From Eledone cirrhosa (taxonomy: Eukaryota), in the NCBI GenBank assembly GCA_964016885.1, contig OZ024742.1:266166001-266230000 (forward strand): a DNA stretch of 64,000 nt. Direction: 5' to 3'. This document shows, piece by piece, positions 43,101 through 56,032 of the stretch. The notes under the pieces are model-generated. The model was not told the DNA's origin and did not search any database. It worked only from the letters and a program-made list of their open reading frames with translations. The translations under genes and the position numbers were made by a program. The stretch's first letter is position 1. Each line of letters opens with the position of its first letter.

Positions 43101-43732
43101 AATGTTGTCCAACATGACCATTTAGGTCGCCAGCAATAATTATATAGTCACTGTCGGTTATTTGGAAGGTAGTGAGCATCAGTGTCTCATAGAATCTGTC
43201 TTTTATAGCGCCAGGCAGTCAGGATTGGGGTGCGTACGCAGATATTACTGTCACAGTAGTTCTATTTAGAACAAGTCTTATTTTAATTATTCTGTCATTC
43301 ACTCTATTTACGTCTATTATATTATCCACCCATTTTTCTGTTAATATGATTCCTACCCCACCCAGCCCATTGTCATTTCCCACCCAGAAAAGCTTATAGC
43401 ATCGTTTTTTACCCACAATGAATCTAGCAGACCCGCCCCTCCACCTGGTCTCTTGGATACAGCAAACATCAACCTCCTTACGTTCAAGCATTTCTACAAC
43501 CTCGTTAGAGCGGCCTACATTCATGGTACCAACTCTGAAGTTTTGGATTGCGTTTGGTGGGTGGGGCGCAGGGAGGGGTGAGGGGGGTGGGGTTGGGGTT
43601 ATGTTGGCCATCCGCGGTCGCAACAAAGAGGAGGGGGCCTTGCCCTTTCGTCCGGCAGCATGAGGTGAATTTGTCGTTATCTTTGGCATTGTCTTCGAGT
43701 GTCCAGATTCTTCAGACTCTCCAGAAATTCCT
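40141..43732 (-). mobile_element. Near full-length RTE LINE (family A), APE+RT, disabled
   Basis: ORF pieces 43689-43219, 43179-42832, 42815-41301, 41234-40722 and 40712-40509; (CAT)n tail at 40141-40152. Confidence 0.96.
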
Positions 43733-43786
43733 TATATATATATATACAGACATATATATATATATATATATATATACAGACATATA

Positions 43787-43821
<35 letters not shown>

Positions 43822-43964
43822 CATCATCATTTCATTTTACGTCCGCTTTTTCACTGCTTGCAAGGGTGGGACGGAAACTGATAGACATATATATATACAT
43901 ATAGACATATATATATATATATATATACACATACATATATACACATATACACACACACATTTTT

Positions 43965-46370
43965 TATTTTATTTTATTTGCATTCCAGCTGAGGGGCTGA
44001 GGCCATGCTGGGGCACCACTTTCTACAGCCAACGCCATTGATGCAAAAAGGAGTTTATTCTGCTGCTCTTATTTGTGTTTCACCTCATGCTGTGGATTCA
44101 TCCAGGATCTTGGTCAGTAGAATGTCAAGATGTCTCTTTAAAACATCTACATGCACACCATATAGATCTCTCAGATTTTTTGGCAGCTTATTAAAAAACA
44201 GGGGTCCCTTGACTATTGCCGTATATGGTCCTCATTTTTGATGCGACGGATGGGACCTTTGGTACTATACAGTGACATCCTCTTCGTGGGCTGGTCCTGC
44301 CTTCAATGCCGAAGTTTGGTGCTAACCCTTCCAGTATCTTCCATATGTATATCACTGTATATCTCTCCCACCTCCACTCCAGGGAGTAAAGCTTTAGTTT
44401 CTTAAGCCTCTCCCAGTAATTTATCTCTTTTATTGAGGCAATCTTCTTGGTGTAGCTTCATTGGATTGTTTCAAATTCTGCAGTTAGTTTGAGACTGTGG
44501 GGCAACCACAACTGAGAGCAATAGTCCAGAGGACCAACATGGTTTCCAAGTCTCTTGTCATGAATGTCCTAAGAATCCAACTCACCAGTCTTCTGCACAT
44601 TGCCATCATTTTGGTGATGTGTGCATGAAACAATGCATCATTGCTCATGTCAACACCTATGTCCCATATTGATTTTGACTCGTGGATTTCGATTCCTCCT
44701 GGTCCAGTCTACTTTTGTGGTGATCCTATGTTTGTGGGTTGATAGCAGAGGGCTTGAAACTTAGCTGCATTAAATTGCATATTGATGTTTTCAGCCGATC
44801 TGTATATGGCATCTAAATCATGTTGTAAGAGAGTAGCATCAGCTGGTTTCTTGATTGTCTGTGTCTGTGCTGCTTTTGTGTCATCACATCAGCATAGCTT
44901 GTAAGGCAAGCTGTCCGTATTACAGAAGCTGTCCGTATTACTGAGAGAGCCACCACAAACAGTAGTGGTGCCAAGACAGTTCCCTGGGGCACATCACTTG
45001 TTTCCTTTGAGAGGGCCCCATTGGTTGCAACAGTTTGGCTTCTGTTTTTTAAGAAGTCATGATACCATTCACCTAGTTTACCAGCTATGCCAAAGCTACA
45101 TAGTTTGTGACATATCATTCTATGATCAACTTTGTCAAAGGCCTTCGTAAAGTCAAGATATATCATATAATAATAATAATAATAATAATAATGAAATTAT
45201 TGTGTAAAGTGCTCAGGTGCACTACAACTCGTCAAAGGTGTATGTATAGTACATAGAATAATACGCAAATGTCAGGAAAGTGCATAGTATATGAGTCATG
45301 ATATACATGTGTGTATGTGTATGGAGGGGAACATTAGGTGTAGTGTTGGCGAATCTCGGGAAGCATGGAGGCCTTAAAGGATGCAGTGTCTCGGCAGCTA
45401 ACAACTGATGCAGGTAGTTTGTTCCATGCTTCAGCAACTCTGAGCGTGAAAAAATGTTTCAGAAAGTCATGGGAACTGTACTGTTTTCTGACTTTGTGGG
45501 CATGCCCACGTGTGTTAGACACATGGAAATCAAAAAGGTACTCAGGGTTGTTGTTGGCAAGATGGTTAACAATTTTGTGGGTGTTTACCAAGTCAGTTGC
45601 CAGGCGTCAGAGCTTCAATGTATCCATGCCCAGAGAAGCAAGGCGCTCAGAGTATGGTAGATGCCTGATGGAGGGTATTTGCTTGGTTGCACGTCTCTGA
45701 ACTGTTTCCAGGTGGTCAATGTTCTGAGCAAGATAGGGGTTCCAGACTGGTGATGCAAATTCTAAGTGTGGCCGCACCATAGCCATGTACAGCCTTAAAT
45801 AGATAGCTGGAGAGCGGCTGACAAAGGTCTTGCTGAGTGATGCTAAGACACCCTCAGCCCTCTTGACAATTTTAGAGACGTGCTTCGTCCAATGCAAATC
45901 ACTGCTGACCGTAATGCCCAGGTCACGTTCACAAGAAGACTTCTATGTTTAAACAGTCTAGCAGCTATTCAAGTATCCAGTCATAATGCTGTAAGAGCTG
46001 CATAAGATAACTTCTACCCAGGCGAAAACGATGCTGAGTGTCAGAAGATCATTTTCCTCTAGAAAAGTAATCAGTTTCCATGACTTTACTGATATGCGAG
46101 GTCAGGGAAATAGGTTTGGATAGAACATTTTATGCCTTCTTTTAGTTTTCCGAGTAGTTTACCACTTGCAAGTGATTTTTGAAAGAGGATCTGCAGTGGT
46201 TTTGCTAATGTTTTCTTGCATGTCTTTAGGAGAATTGCTGGGAAACCACCAAGGCCAGCAGCCAAATTTTGTCTCATTTCGTCTTTGGCTGATATAACAT
46301 CTTTCACCTTTATATCTATGTGGTTGATGGTTACCATTTCTCTGTGTAATGCAGTCGTGTTGAAGAACTC
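43965..46370 (-). mobile_element. Degenerate CR1/Jockey-group LINE, interrupted by a second LINE
   Basis: GFPAILLKTCKKTLAKPLQILF (46337-46086) and IYLDFTKAFDKVDH...VPQGTVLAPLLF...YAD (45166-44813). Confidence 0.75.
45168..45945 (-). mobile_element. CR1-group LINE 3' fragment with (ATT)n tail
   Basis: LYMAMVRPHLEFASPVWNPY...LETVQRRATK and TRGH...FFTLRVAEAWNKLP; (AAT)n at 45168-45192. Confidence 0.85.
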
Positions 46371-47155
46371 ATCTAGCTCATGTGACTCATTGGAGATGTG
46401 GGTCCTTTGCGGCTTGTTTTTTTTTTTGGTCTTCTTTCATCTCCTTTGTGAAAATATGGCTCAGTTGATCCATGTGTGGCCAAACAAGCGAGTAGGCACG
46501 AAAAAGTTCACTCGTTTTTCGCTGTAGCTGTACCAAAGTTCTCAGAAAGCCACAGCTCTGTTGGGTCTCATTAATTAGTTTGTTTGAAAGAGAGCCATTT
46601 GCTGAACTCCATGCACTGACCATAAGTTATAGTTCCTTTAGTTTCCAGTTTTGCTGAGTTCGGTTCTCATCTACTTGAACATTTGTATGTAACGTACGTA
46701 AAATGATGATGATGATGAATTAAAAATAAAATAAAATACAATTAGTATCTCAGAAAATAAAATATGTTAAAAATATAGTACTCTACAAATATAATACCTT
46801 ACCTTAATGAAAGATAGCAATACTGAGCACCAATTACATTATTTCAGTAATCAATCAGTTGAAAATACAACAAAATACAATTACTATTTTAGAGAATAGA
46901 ATAAATCAGCAAAAGATATCAGAATTAAGCCGTCTTTAGTGTTTGAGAAATAAGATAAACAAAATGATTGTTGTACACTCTGCTTGTAGCAAAAAATTAA
47001 AAAGTAAATTTTTTTACGGTGTAACAATTACTGAAAATAGGAAAGAAAAAAAGAAAAGGAACATAGGAAGAGAATACAAATATTATTTACCCAGTATTTA
47101 AAGTGAAAACATTACAATGTATCAGATATAAAATAAATAAACAAGGCTTACGGGT

Positions 47156-48070
47156 TTAAAATAGATAAAGTAAGTTGATGTCATCAATGCTCAGTGCAAA
47201 CAGAGCGGGCTCGAGTGGGTCGCCCTGTTGGACTCCTGAGGGAGAGGTGATGATTTGGTCACCGAAAGAGAGGTAGGAGGGCTCCCGATAAGCCTGCCAA
47301 GCAAAGTGGTAGAGTTGCGGGACCCTCTCTCTTACTGAGCTGAGGACGACATCACAGCTGACGGAGTTAAAAGCATTCTTGAAGTCAAGTTTGAGGATGA
47401 CCTTGGGAGACAAGGAGGGCAAGTTGGTAAAGGGTCTAGTAGCATAGGCAGCAGCCTCCCATCCCAACTTGGTACCTACCCCTAGCTGGATGGGGGAAAA
47501 TTCCTCCGCCAGTGAGTCAGAGACCGACAACAAACATGCCTTTGCAGTGAGACGACGAGGGGTGAAGCCAACCACAATGGGGTGCAGGCCTCTGTTTGGT
47601 TTAGTGAGACCGAATAACTTTGCACCAAAGAACAGTGGGCGGATACATGGGAGAAAGTTCACTGAAGAGAACCGATTCACTAACTGAGTCAGACTCTCCA
47701 GGAGCTCGAGTCCGGCATCACCAGCCGACAAGGAGATACCATCCTTGAGATGTTGAGGATAAAGGCTGTCAATCCCCGCACCTGACCCAGCGGGGAAGGA
47801 TGAAATTGCCTTTCTGATGATATCAGTGGTGTAAACCAGTCTCGAGTATTCTGCTGGTTCAGACCAGTGTAACTGATCATCTGGGATTGCCGATGGGTGC
47901 TTCTCTTTCAGTCGCTCAAGAGAATCAGAGTTACATGGAGCGAGGGAGGACAGAGAAGAGAGGAGATGGACAGCCCCTTTTATGTCAAATTCGCTGAATT
48001 TGGCATTAACCGCTTGCTTGAAGTCTATTGTTTGTCTTTTGGTGGACACTGAGCTCGATGACAAACTGAG
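47156..48070 (-). mobile_element. CRE-like non-LTR retrotransposon RT fragment
   Basis: SGAGIDSLYPQHLKD, PLFFGAKLFGLTK...LHPIVVG, QLGVG, LDFKNAFNSV, GVQQGDPL; truncated before the YxDD motif. Confidence 0.75.
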
Positions 48071-48261
48071 ATGATTAGGGTGGACTCAAATGTTTCAGAA
48101 ATATCAATGAAAAACAGAAGTTTTTAGAGAATACAGACCATTTTTCAGAAATTCAGATATGGGTAATATTACTGTGTGTATATTTTTACTTTAGAATGTT
48201 TTGAAACTAGAAGGAAATTACTGTTTTAACAAGGTTTTTTTTACGAGCGAAGAAAACTCAT

Positions 48262-48486
48262 TACAGTGAGTGCTGGGTGCTTTTTTGCCGTGGCACCTCC
48301 ACGACCACTTTGCAGTGGAATGATATGGACGCCAGTCCCTACCATCTCATTTCTACAGCTGAGTAAACTGGAGCAATGTGAAATAAAGTGTCTTGCTCAA
48401 GGAAACAACACATCACTCGGTCTGAGAATTGAACTCACAACCTTTCGATTGCAAGGCCAATGCTCTAACTACTAAGCCATGTGCTT
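48262..48486 (-). mobile_element. SINE of the same family as 27165
   Basis: Reverse complement of the head gcacatggcttagtagttagagc...gagttcaattctcagacc and of the core. Confidence 0.8.
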
Positions 48487-48510
48487 ATACAAATCTCTAT
48501 ATATATATAT

Positions 48511-48806
48511 ATTGGTGTTGGGAAGGGCACCCAGCCGTAGAAAACCCGCCAGACGTGTAGGTGTCACAACAAAAATAACACACAGTCCACGCTGTAATGT
48601 GGCCGTGTAGGTAACACGGTAAAAACCTCCCAGTCCACACTGTAAACGTGGTTGGTGTTAGGAAGGGCATCCAGCCATAGAAAACCCGCCAGACAGTCCT
48701 ATACGAGCAGGACAACCAATCTTGCCTCAGGTGGGAAAACTCCCATCCAAACCCATGCAAGCGTGGAAGATGGACGTTAAACGATGATGATGATGATGAT
48801 GATGAT
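48511..48806 (+). mobile_element. RTE-A 3' UTR fragment with (GAT)n tail
   Basis: Matches 39500-39868. Confidence 0.85.
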
Positions 48807-49202
48807 TTACTAGCTGGCCCATGCCACGGGGTAATTGTTATATCTATACATAATTTAAAAAAAAGAGATGTTTGTTTGTTTGTTTGTTTCCTTTGCACTC
48901 ACTCACACAAGTGATACAAACACGCAGCCAATGTGTGTAGCCAATTCACTACACATATACACACACACAAGTATGATGAATCTTAGAATGCTGGACTTCT
49001 ATAGCTTCTCACACACCCCTCCTTCCTCAGCCATCACATGTGTGTGTATGTAATAATTATTTTTTCTAAATGTGTGTGTTTATATATATGTATATGTAGA
49101 TTTGTGTGTGTGTGTTTGCAATTCTATTGTCTATGTAGCTTTCTAACTAAACACACACAAACACATATACATTCACACAAATATTACATATAAATATAAT
49201 TT

Positions 49203-51894
49203 ACACAAACGACAGATGGACGGTCGTAAACACAAAAGCCTTCCCTAGTGAGGAATGTACATCCCAACATAGCTTAGTTGTCAGCGACCTCACTGTCAGA
49301 ACTAGACGAACCCGGAAACAGAGGCCAACCTGGAGAAGAAAGATCTGGAAGCTGAAAGTCCCCTCAACCAGTAACAGATTTAAAGATATTTTACTCAACG
49401 CCTACGACAGTAAAGAAGAACAGATAGAGACATTTAATGTAGAAGAGAACTGGGAGTTCCTAAAAAATAATTTACTAGAGGCGACGGATGAGGTCTGTGG
49501 CTGGAGTAAGACCTCAAGCAGGAGGAGAGTGACTTGGTGGTGGAACAATAAGGTAGATGAAGCAGTCAAGGCCAAGAGACAGGCATGGAAAGAATGGAAG
49601 AACGGGGGGAGCAGGGTACATTACATAGAGACCAAGAGGGAAGCTAAGCGACAAGTATACTTAGCTAGGAGGGAAGCAGAGGATAGAAAATTCAAGCATG
49701 TTTTGCAACGTGAGGACCAGAAACAGGAGGTATTCAAGATTGCGAGGCAGTGTGTCAGAGATAGTTGTGATGTCATTGGAGAGAAGTGTATCCGGAATGA
49801 TAAAGGTGAGCTTGCCCTCACAAGTGATGAGAAGAAAGATGCATGAAGAGTCATTATGATAGATTACTAAATGAGGAGAATGCATGGGAAGAAGAGACCC
49901 TATCCCAAGTAGACCCTATAGAGGGACCAGCAGTACAAGTCAGCAGCAGCGTAGTAAGTAAGGCAATCAAAGATATGAAGATGGGGAAGGCAACCGGTCC
50001 ATCGGGTATAGGTGCCGAGATGCTGAAGGCATCTGGGTCTGTAGGTCACACTATAACCACACGTATCGTTAACCAGGTAATACTAGAAGGTGCCATACCA
50101 AAAGATTGGTGCAGTAGCATCATTGTCAACTGCTACAAAGGTAAAGGCGATGCACTAGATAGAGGAAACTATAGAGGTATAAAGTTGATGGACCAGGTCA
50201 TGAAAGTAACAGAAAGAGTTATAGCACAGCTGATTAGGGACCGGGTGAAAATAGACGAGATGCAATTTGAGTTTGTACCAGGAAGAGGCACCACTGATGC
50301 CCTCTTCCTTGTGAGGCAATTACAGGAAAAGTACCTAGCTAAAAGTAAGTCACTCTACTTGGCATTTGTCGACCTTGAGAAAGCCTTTGACAGAGTTCCA
50401 CGTGCTGTAATCTGGTGGGCTCTTAGAAAACTAGGAGTAGATGAATGGCTTGTGAAAGCGGTACAAGCCATATATAGGGGAGCAGTCAGCAAAGTTAGGA
50501 TTAGCAATGAGTATAGCGAGGAATTTAGCGTACAGGTTGGGGTCCACCAGGGCTCTGTTCTTAGCCCTCTCCTGTTCATCATAGTCCTGCAGGCAATAAC
50601 GGAGGAGTTTAAGACCGGATGCCCATGGGAACTCCTGTATGCTGATGACCTCGCACTCATAGCTGAATCTATGGTAGAACTAGAGAATAAATTCCAAACT
50701 TGGAAGCAGGGACTAGAAAGAAAGGGTCTCAAAGTCAACATGACAAAGACTAAGGTCCTTGTAAGTAGACGAGAAAACAGAACCCAGATCCCCTCAGGGA
50801 AATGGCCTTGCTCAGTATGTAGGAAAGGTGTAGGTAGGAACTCCATTCTCTGCCCCAAATGCAAACAATGGGTACACAAGAGATGTAGCGGGATCTCAGG
50901 AAGCTTAATTAAGAATTTAGGATTCACATGCAGCAGCTGTGCTGAGACAGCAAGCAGCAAACAGCCACAGGAAACAAGTACCACCAATCTCTGGGAGGGC
51001 CCTGTTGAAACAGTAGACAGCTTCTGCTACCTAGGTGACCGAATAAGCAGCGGAGGTGGGTGTTCAGAAAGTACAACAACTAGGGTAAGAACGGGATGGA
51101 AGAAGTTTAGGGAACTACTACCACTGCTAGCTGCAAAAGGCTTCTCCCTCAGAATGAAAAGCAGACTGTATGATGCGTGTATCCGAACAGCGATGTTGCA
51201 TGGTAGTGAGACCTGGGTGCTGAAGGTGGAAGACTTACGGAGATTAGAGAGAAACGAAGCCTGCATGCTCCGATGGATATGTAACAGTAATATACGTGAA
51301 CGACAAAGCATAAACGAATTGAGAGAGAGACTGAGCATAAGAGGAATCAAATGCTGTGTGCAGGAGAGGCGGTTGCGCTGGTATGGACATGTGATGTGTA
51401 TGAAGGATGACAGCTGCATAAAAAGGTGCAGAGCACTAGAAGTTGATGGAAACCGCGGAGTGGGGAGACCCAAGATGACCTGGGATGAGGTGATAAAAGC
51501 CGACCTTACCCAATTACACCTCTCAAAGACAATGACACACGACCGTGACTTCTGGCGTCACGCAGTAATACAGAGTACCCGACCTCCCATGGGTACAAGC
51601 TGAAGCATATAGACAATATGCCCCCACCGCAAGGTGGTCGTGGAGGTGCCACGGCAAAAAAGCACCCAGCCCATACTGTAAAGTGGACGTGTAGGCGCCA
51701 CGAAAAAGCACCCAGCACTCACTGTAAATGAGGTTGGTGTTAGGAAGGGCATCCAGCTGTAGAAATCAAGCCAAATCAGTTCCTGTATGAGCAAGGCATG
51801 GTCAGCCGACCAGACACTGCCCACAACAGGACAACCCGTCTAACCCATGCTAGCGTGGAAGAACGGACGTAAAACGGTGATGATGATGATGATG
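49203..51894 (+). mobile_element. 5'-truncated RTE LINE (family B)
   Basis: 586 aa RT ORF at 49843-51603 with YADD and the C4HC3 finger, preceded by a TGG>TGA stop at 49844-49846; (GAT)n tail. Confidence 0.96.
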
Positions 51895-52144
51895 ACACAT
51901 ATGCACACACACTAACACTCACATAATCATAACAGCCAATGTGTGTGTAGCCAATTCACTATACATATACACACACAGGTGTAGTGAATGATAGACACTG
52001 CTTTCTGTAGTCTGTCATCACCCCACCCTTTCCTCAGTCATCTCTAGTGTGTGACAGACAAATACACATTGACTACTATATTAGTATATATATATATATT
52101 ATGATAATCATCATGGGTAGGACTATATAAATGTAACATATAAA

Positions 52145-52548
52145 TTTGTTTTCACTCTTAACATGGTGGATACCTAAATGGATTCGTGAGTGAACAATAA
52201 TAACATTTTGCAAGCAAACAGCCTCATAAACACCATGTATTATAGATGATCAGTGTCATCCTTTTGTTCTAGCAGTAGCTAAGAGAAAACAATTGACAAT
52301 TGTTTCGGAGTTTTTGCTCCTTATCGAGATTGTGTATTCTTGTCACTGCTACCTGCTGGAACTGCTGAGAATACATAGTATTCTCAAATGTATACATCGG
52401 CTGATTAGCCTAATTTGCGTACTGAGCAATTTTAGAGCCGGCTTTGCCAAAGATTAAAAAAACAAAATTTGTTTTTGCTCTTAACATTATGGATACCTAA
52501 ATGTATCAAATACATTTAGGTATCCAGCATGTTAAGAGCAAAAACAAA
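52145..52548. repeat. Fold-back/MITE-like element: hairpin with 39 bp arms (52468-52548) plus a third arm copy at ~52145-52185
   Basis: tttgtttttgctcTTAAcattatggatacctaaatgtat-caa-atacatttaggtatccagcatgTTAAgagcaaaaacaaa (2 mismatches). Confidence 0.65.
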
Positions 52549-52880
52549 AGTCTATTCCCACTGTATTGGATGAACCCAGTCTATAGGAGTTCTCTCTCTT
52601 GCTTTTTTCTCGAGCATTAAACCTCCCACACTACTAAAGGAGTTTTAGTCATGGAATTGCGAAGATAGCCTCATTTGAGTGAAACATTTTTTCCACTTGC
52701 CATATTTAGAATGTAAGATTTTACGTGCAGGTGTGTGTTGTTGCTTCCCTAACATTATTGTTTAAGAGTTTGCTCTGATAGATGTTTTTCGCATCTGTTT
52801 TCATTTGGTAGTTGTGGTGCAACAAGTTCAAAATTATTGTGCGTTATCTAAATTCTTATTAGGAATTTAGATGATATATA

Positions 52881-53036
52881 CAGTGAAATTCCATTATAAC
52901 GAAATTTAAGGGGTATAAAAAAAATTGTTGTAATGAAAATTTGTTATAACAAGATCAACCTAACATATCGAGCATGTGGCCAGGGATTGAAAAATATTTT
53001 GTTATACTGCTATTTGTTATAGCTGAATTTTACCAG
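52881..53036. mobile_element. Tc1/mariner (pogo/Tigger-type) MITE
   Basis: TA|CAGTGAAATTCCATTATAAC...GTTATAGCTGAATTTTACCAG|TA: degenerate TIRs with TA flanks. Confidence 0.6.
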
Positions 53037-54480
53037 TATTAAGAAGCTGCAATAAGGCAACACCAGTCGAATTATTTGAGGTAGTTCCTAAGCACTTGAT
53101 GTGAGAAATTAATTAACACTTTCCTCAGAGTGAACACATTATGTTATACTAGTGAAACATGAATAATATATAAACTGAGTGTATACAGCCATAGTATATA
53201 ACAACAACAATGAATATCAAAAGAGTAAAGAATTTATATATTTTTTATATATTCTTGTTACTTTGGAGTTTGATCTGTAACACAGGATCATTGGGCAAGA
53301 TGTATATTTATCGTGTTATATAGTATGTAGAGAAATACATGCACATACACAAAAAATAAACACACACACACACCTCAAAGCACAGGCAAATACACAACTA
53401 CATACACAGATACATTCACACATAAGCATACAAATACATGCACACACATACATACAAATACACAACTGCATACAATACTCAACGTTGTTTACGAAGGAGT
53501 GGATAGGTGAGAATGTGGACAGATCTGGTGAGTAAAAACAACCAACAGGACATAATATTAACAAACAGGAGTGTACATGTGTTTATGTGTAAGAACTGTT
53601 ATATCTGTGTGTGCATGTATAAAAGTATGTCTCATACAGCTGATGTGAAACAGATTAAGTCCAACCAATAGCTGAAGGCCACTGAAATAACTTGTGATGT
53701 GGAAGATTTTGTCAGAGAATAAAGCAACAGCAGCAGTAATAGCTGCTGCCTTGTCATCACAAACTTTTTTTTGTTGCCATTAGTACTACCAACAACAATA
53801 ATGTCCAATATGTGCTCCCCACTGCCACATTGTCATCACAGACTCAGCTGGTATTACTACAACCCATAAAAACAACATCACCACCATCATGTCAGAATGA
53901 CCTCTCATTCTCATTTTTACAAGAAATGTTGTAAAGTTTTATATATATTTGCTTGCATAACCAGTTTAGGAGTGCATTTTCTCACTCCTGAGAAACTTCA
54001 AGTAATGCTATTTCAAATGAAACTGTTTAAGAATATATAAGGAAAATCTGATAAAAAAAAGTTTAAAATTGAACAAAGTTGTGGCAATAATAACATGTCT
54101 AAATGAAAAACTATTCCCCCATATATATAAATAGATATATATCATCATCATCACTGTTTTATGCTTATTTACATGCTTATATGGATTAGAAGCTAGACAA
54201 GTCAGATTACAGCATCTCATCCAAAGGTTCTATTCTATCATGGTTGCTATGGTTGGATGCCCCTCCTAATGCCAACCACAGTACTGTGTGTACTGGGTAT
54301 GTTATATTATGGCACTGCCAGTACCACCTGACACGGTGAATTAAGTGCTTTTTATCATGGCACCAGCACTACCACTTTACAAAGAAGACTGAGTTTTATC
54401 GTAGCAACAACACTACCACTTTACAGAGCGGACTTGGTGCATTTCATCATGGCACCAATAATGTGTGTGTATGTACATAA

Positions 54481-54526
<46 letters not shown>

Positions 54527-54985
54527 TCATCATCATCACCGTTTAGCATCCATTTTTCCATGCTTGCATGGGTTAGATGGGTCGTCCCCATCAGGAGATA
54601 AGTCTGGCCAGAACTGGCCATGCTGTACCTTGTTCTGATGAGGACTCTAAATTTGGCCAGGGATTTTACAGCTGGATGCCATTCCAAACACCAACCAAAT
54701 TTACAGTGTGGAACTGGATGGCACCGTTATGAGGAGGGTCAGGCCGGTTGGCTGTATGGAACCCATCTCACAGCAGAGCCACAGTTTGGGAACCACAACC
54801 ATGTTTACAACCCCGTACTGGATTTCACCTCTCTGGAGAGGTACAGACCAGTTGGCTGAGCCGAGCCATTCTCACAGTAGGACCACCACTCAGGTGCTGG
54901 AACCACATTGCAGTGGGGAACTGGATTGCACCACTCTAAAGGAGGGACAGGCCAGGTGGCTGAACTGAACCCTTCACTCAGCAGA

Positions 54986-55025
<40 letters not shown>

Positions 55026-55240
55026 GTTAAACGATGATGACGATATATATATATATATATATATAGTATTAATTAGTATTAATTATACTATTTATGGTTA
55101 TGTAAATACAAAAACCTTTTGCAGTTATATATATTTTTTTATACAAACCCTAAATAGTGGTAGGCAGTAATATATTACTACCTTATTACCAGTAAGTTAA
55201 GTAGCTCAATGTAAAAACATCAGATGATTTACAGAGCAGT

Positions 55241-55952
55241 TATATGAAATATAAGAATCAAAGAACTGTTCAAAACATTTTTGTGCTTACAACTGTTTCC
55301 TCCAAACCGAGGTTTGGATTCTTTGGAGCAATTTATTAATGAATGGACAGTTATATGACCTCCTTTTCACCCGGGGCATATAATCTGAAAAATACACTCC
55401 CCTGACTATGAAAATGTCGAAGTACATGAAGTCCATAACATCCCTTCGCTGTGCATTTCCAATACTTTTAATATTTTTAATGCTTGCACTATTTTTAATG
55501 CTTATATCATTTCTCCACACACAGACTATAACAATCATATAAAGAATTTGCCACCAGATCAACCAACCTAACACTTTTGTTTACCTACCTAAGTGCTTCT
55601 ACTACACGTAACTCTCTGCCACACTACATAAACAAGACGCACGTGCTTGCCACACATATAACATTTGCACTATATAACCGCTTATTTTTATGTTGTATTT
55701 TAACCTGTATTTTTTATTGTACCTCTTAATATGAATGTAATCTCTAAGTGTGTACTGCCACTCTAAATGCTGTAATGAATGTTGACCCACAATATTTGCA
55801 TATGTATCTGTATGTCTCTTGGGTGAAAAGGAGGTCATATAACTGTCCATTCATTAATAAATTGCTCAGAAGAATCCAAACCTCGGTTTGGAGGAAACAG
55901 TTGTAAGCACAAAAATGTTTTGAACAGTTCTTTGATTCTTATATTTCATATA
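55241..55952 (+). mobile_element. Non-coding Penelope-like terminal repeat element with inverted ends (55241-55372 and 55821-55952) carrying mutated hammerhead motifs
   Basis: tgct-CAGAAGA-a-tccaaacc-tc-ggtttgga-g-GAAA-cagttg-TA-agca at 55863-55909; the inverse copy at 55284-55330 has CCAAAGA. Confidence 0.65.
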
Positions 55953-56032
55953 TTTCATATATATATATATATATATTTCGTTTCTGAATTTGTTAAGCAA
56001 GATTCTTTATCTGAAAACGTGTGTTGAAACCG

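Noticed and set aside
43600-43735. HDV-like ribozyme at an RTE 5' end (also looked at 15185-15420)
   Set aside because: I could not build the nested double pseudoknot by eye, and this copy looks 5'-truncated into (TA)n. A descriptor search would be needed to exclude it.
50355-51473. Antisense ORFs over RTE copies
   Set aside because: Shadow frames of the RT coding sequence with no independent evidence.
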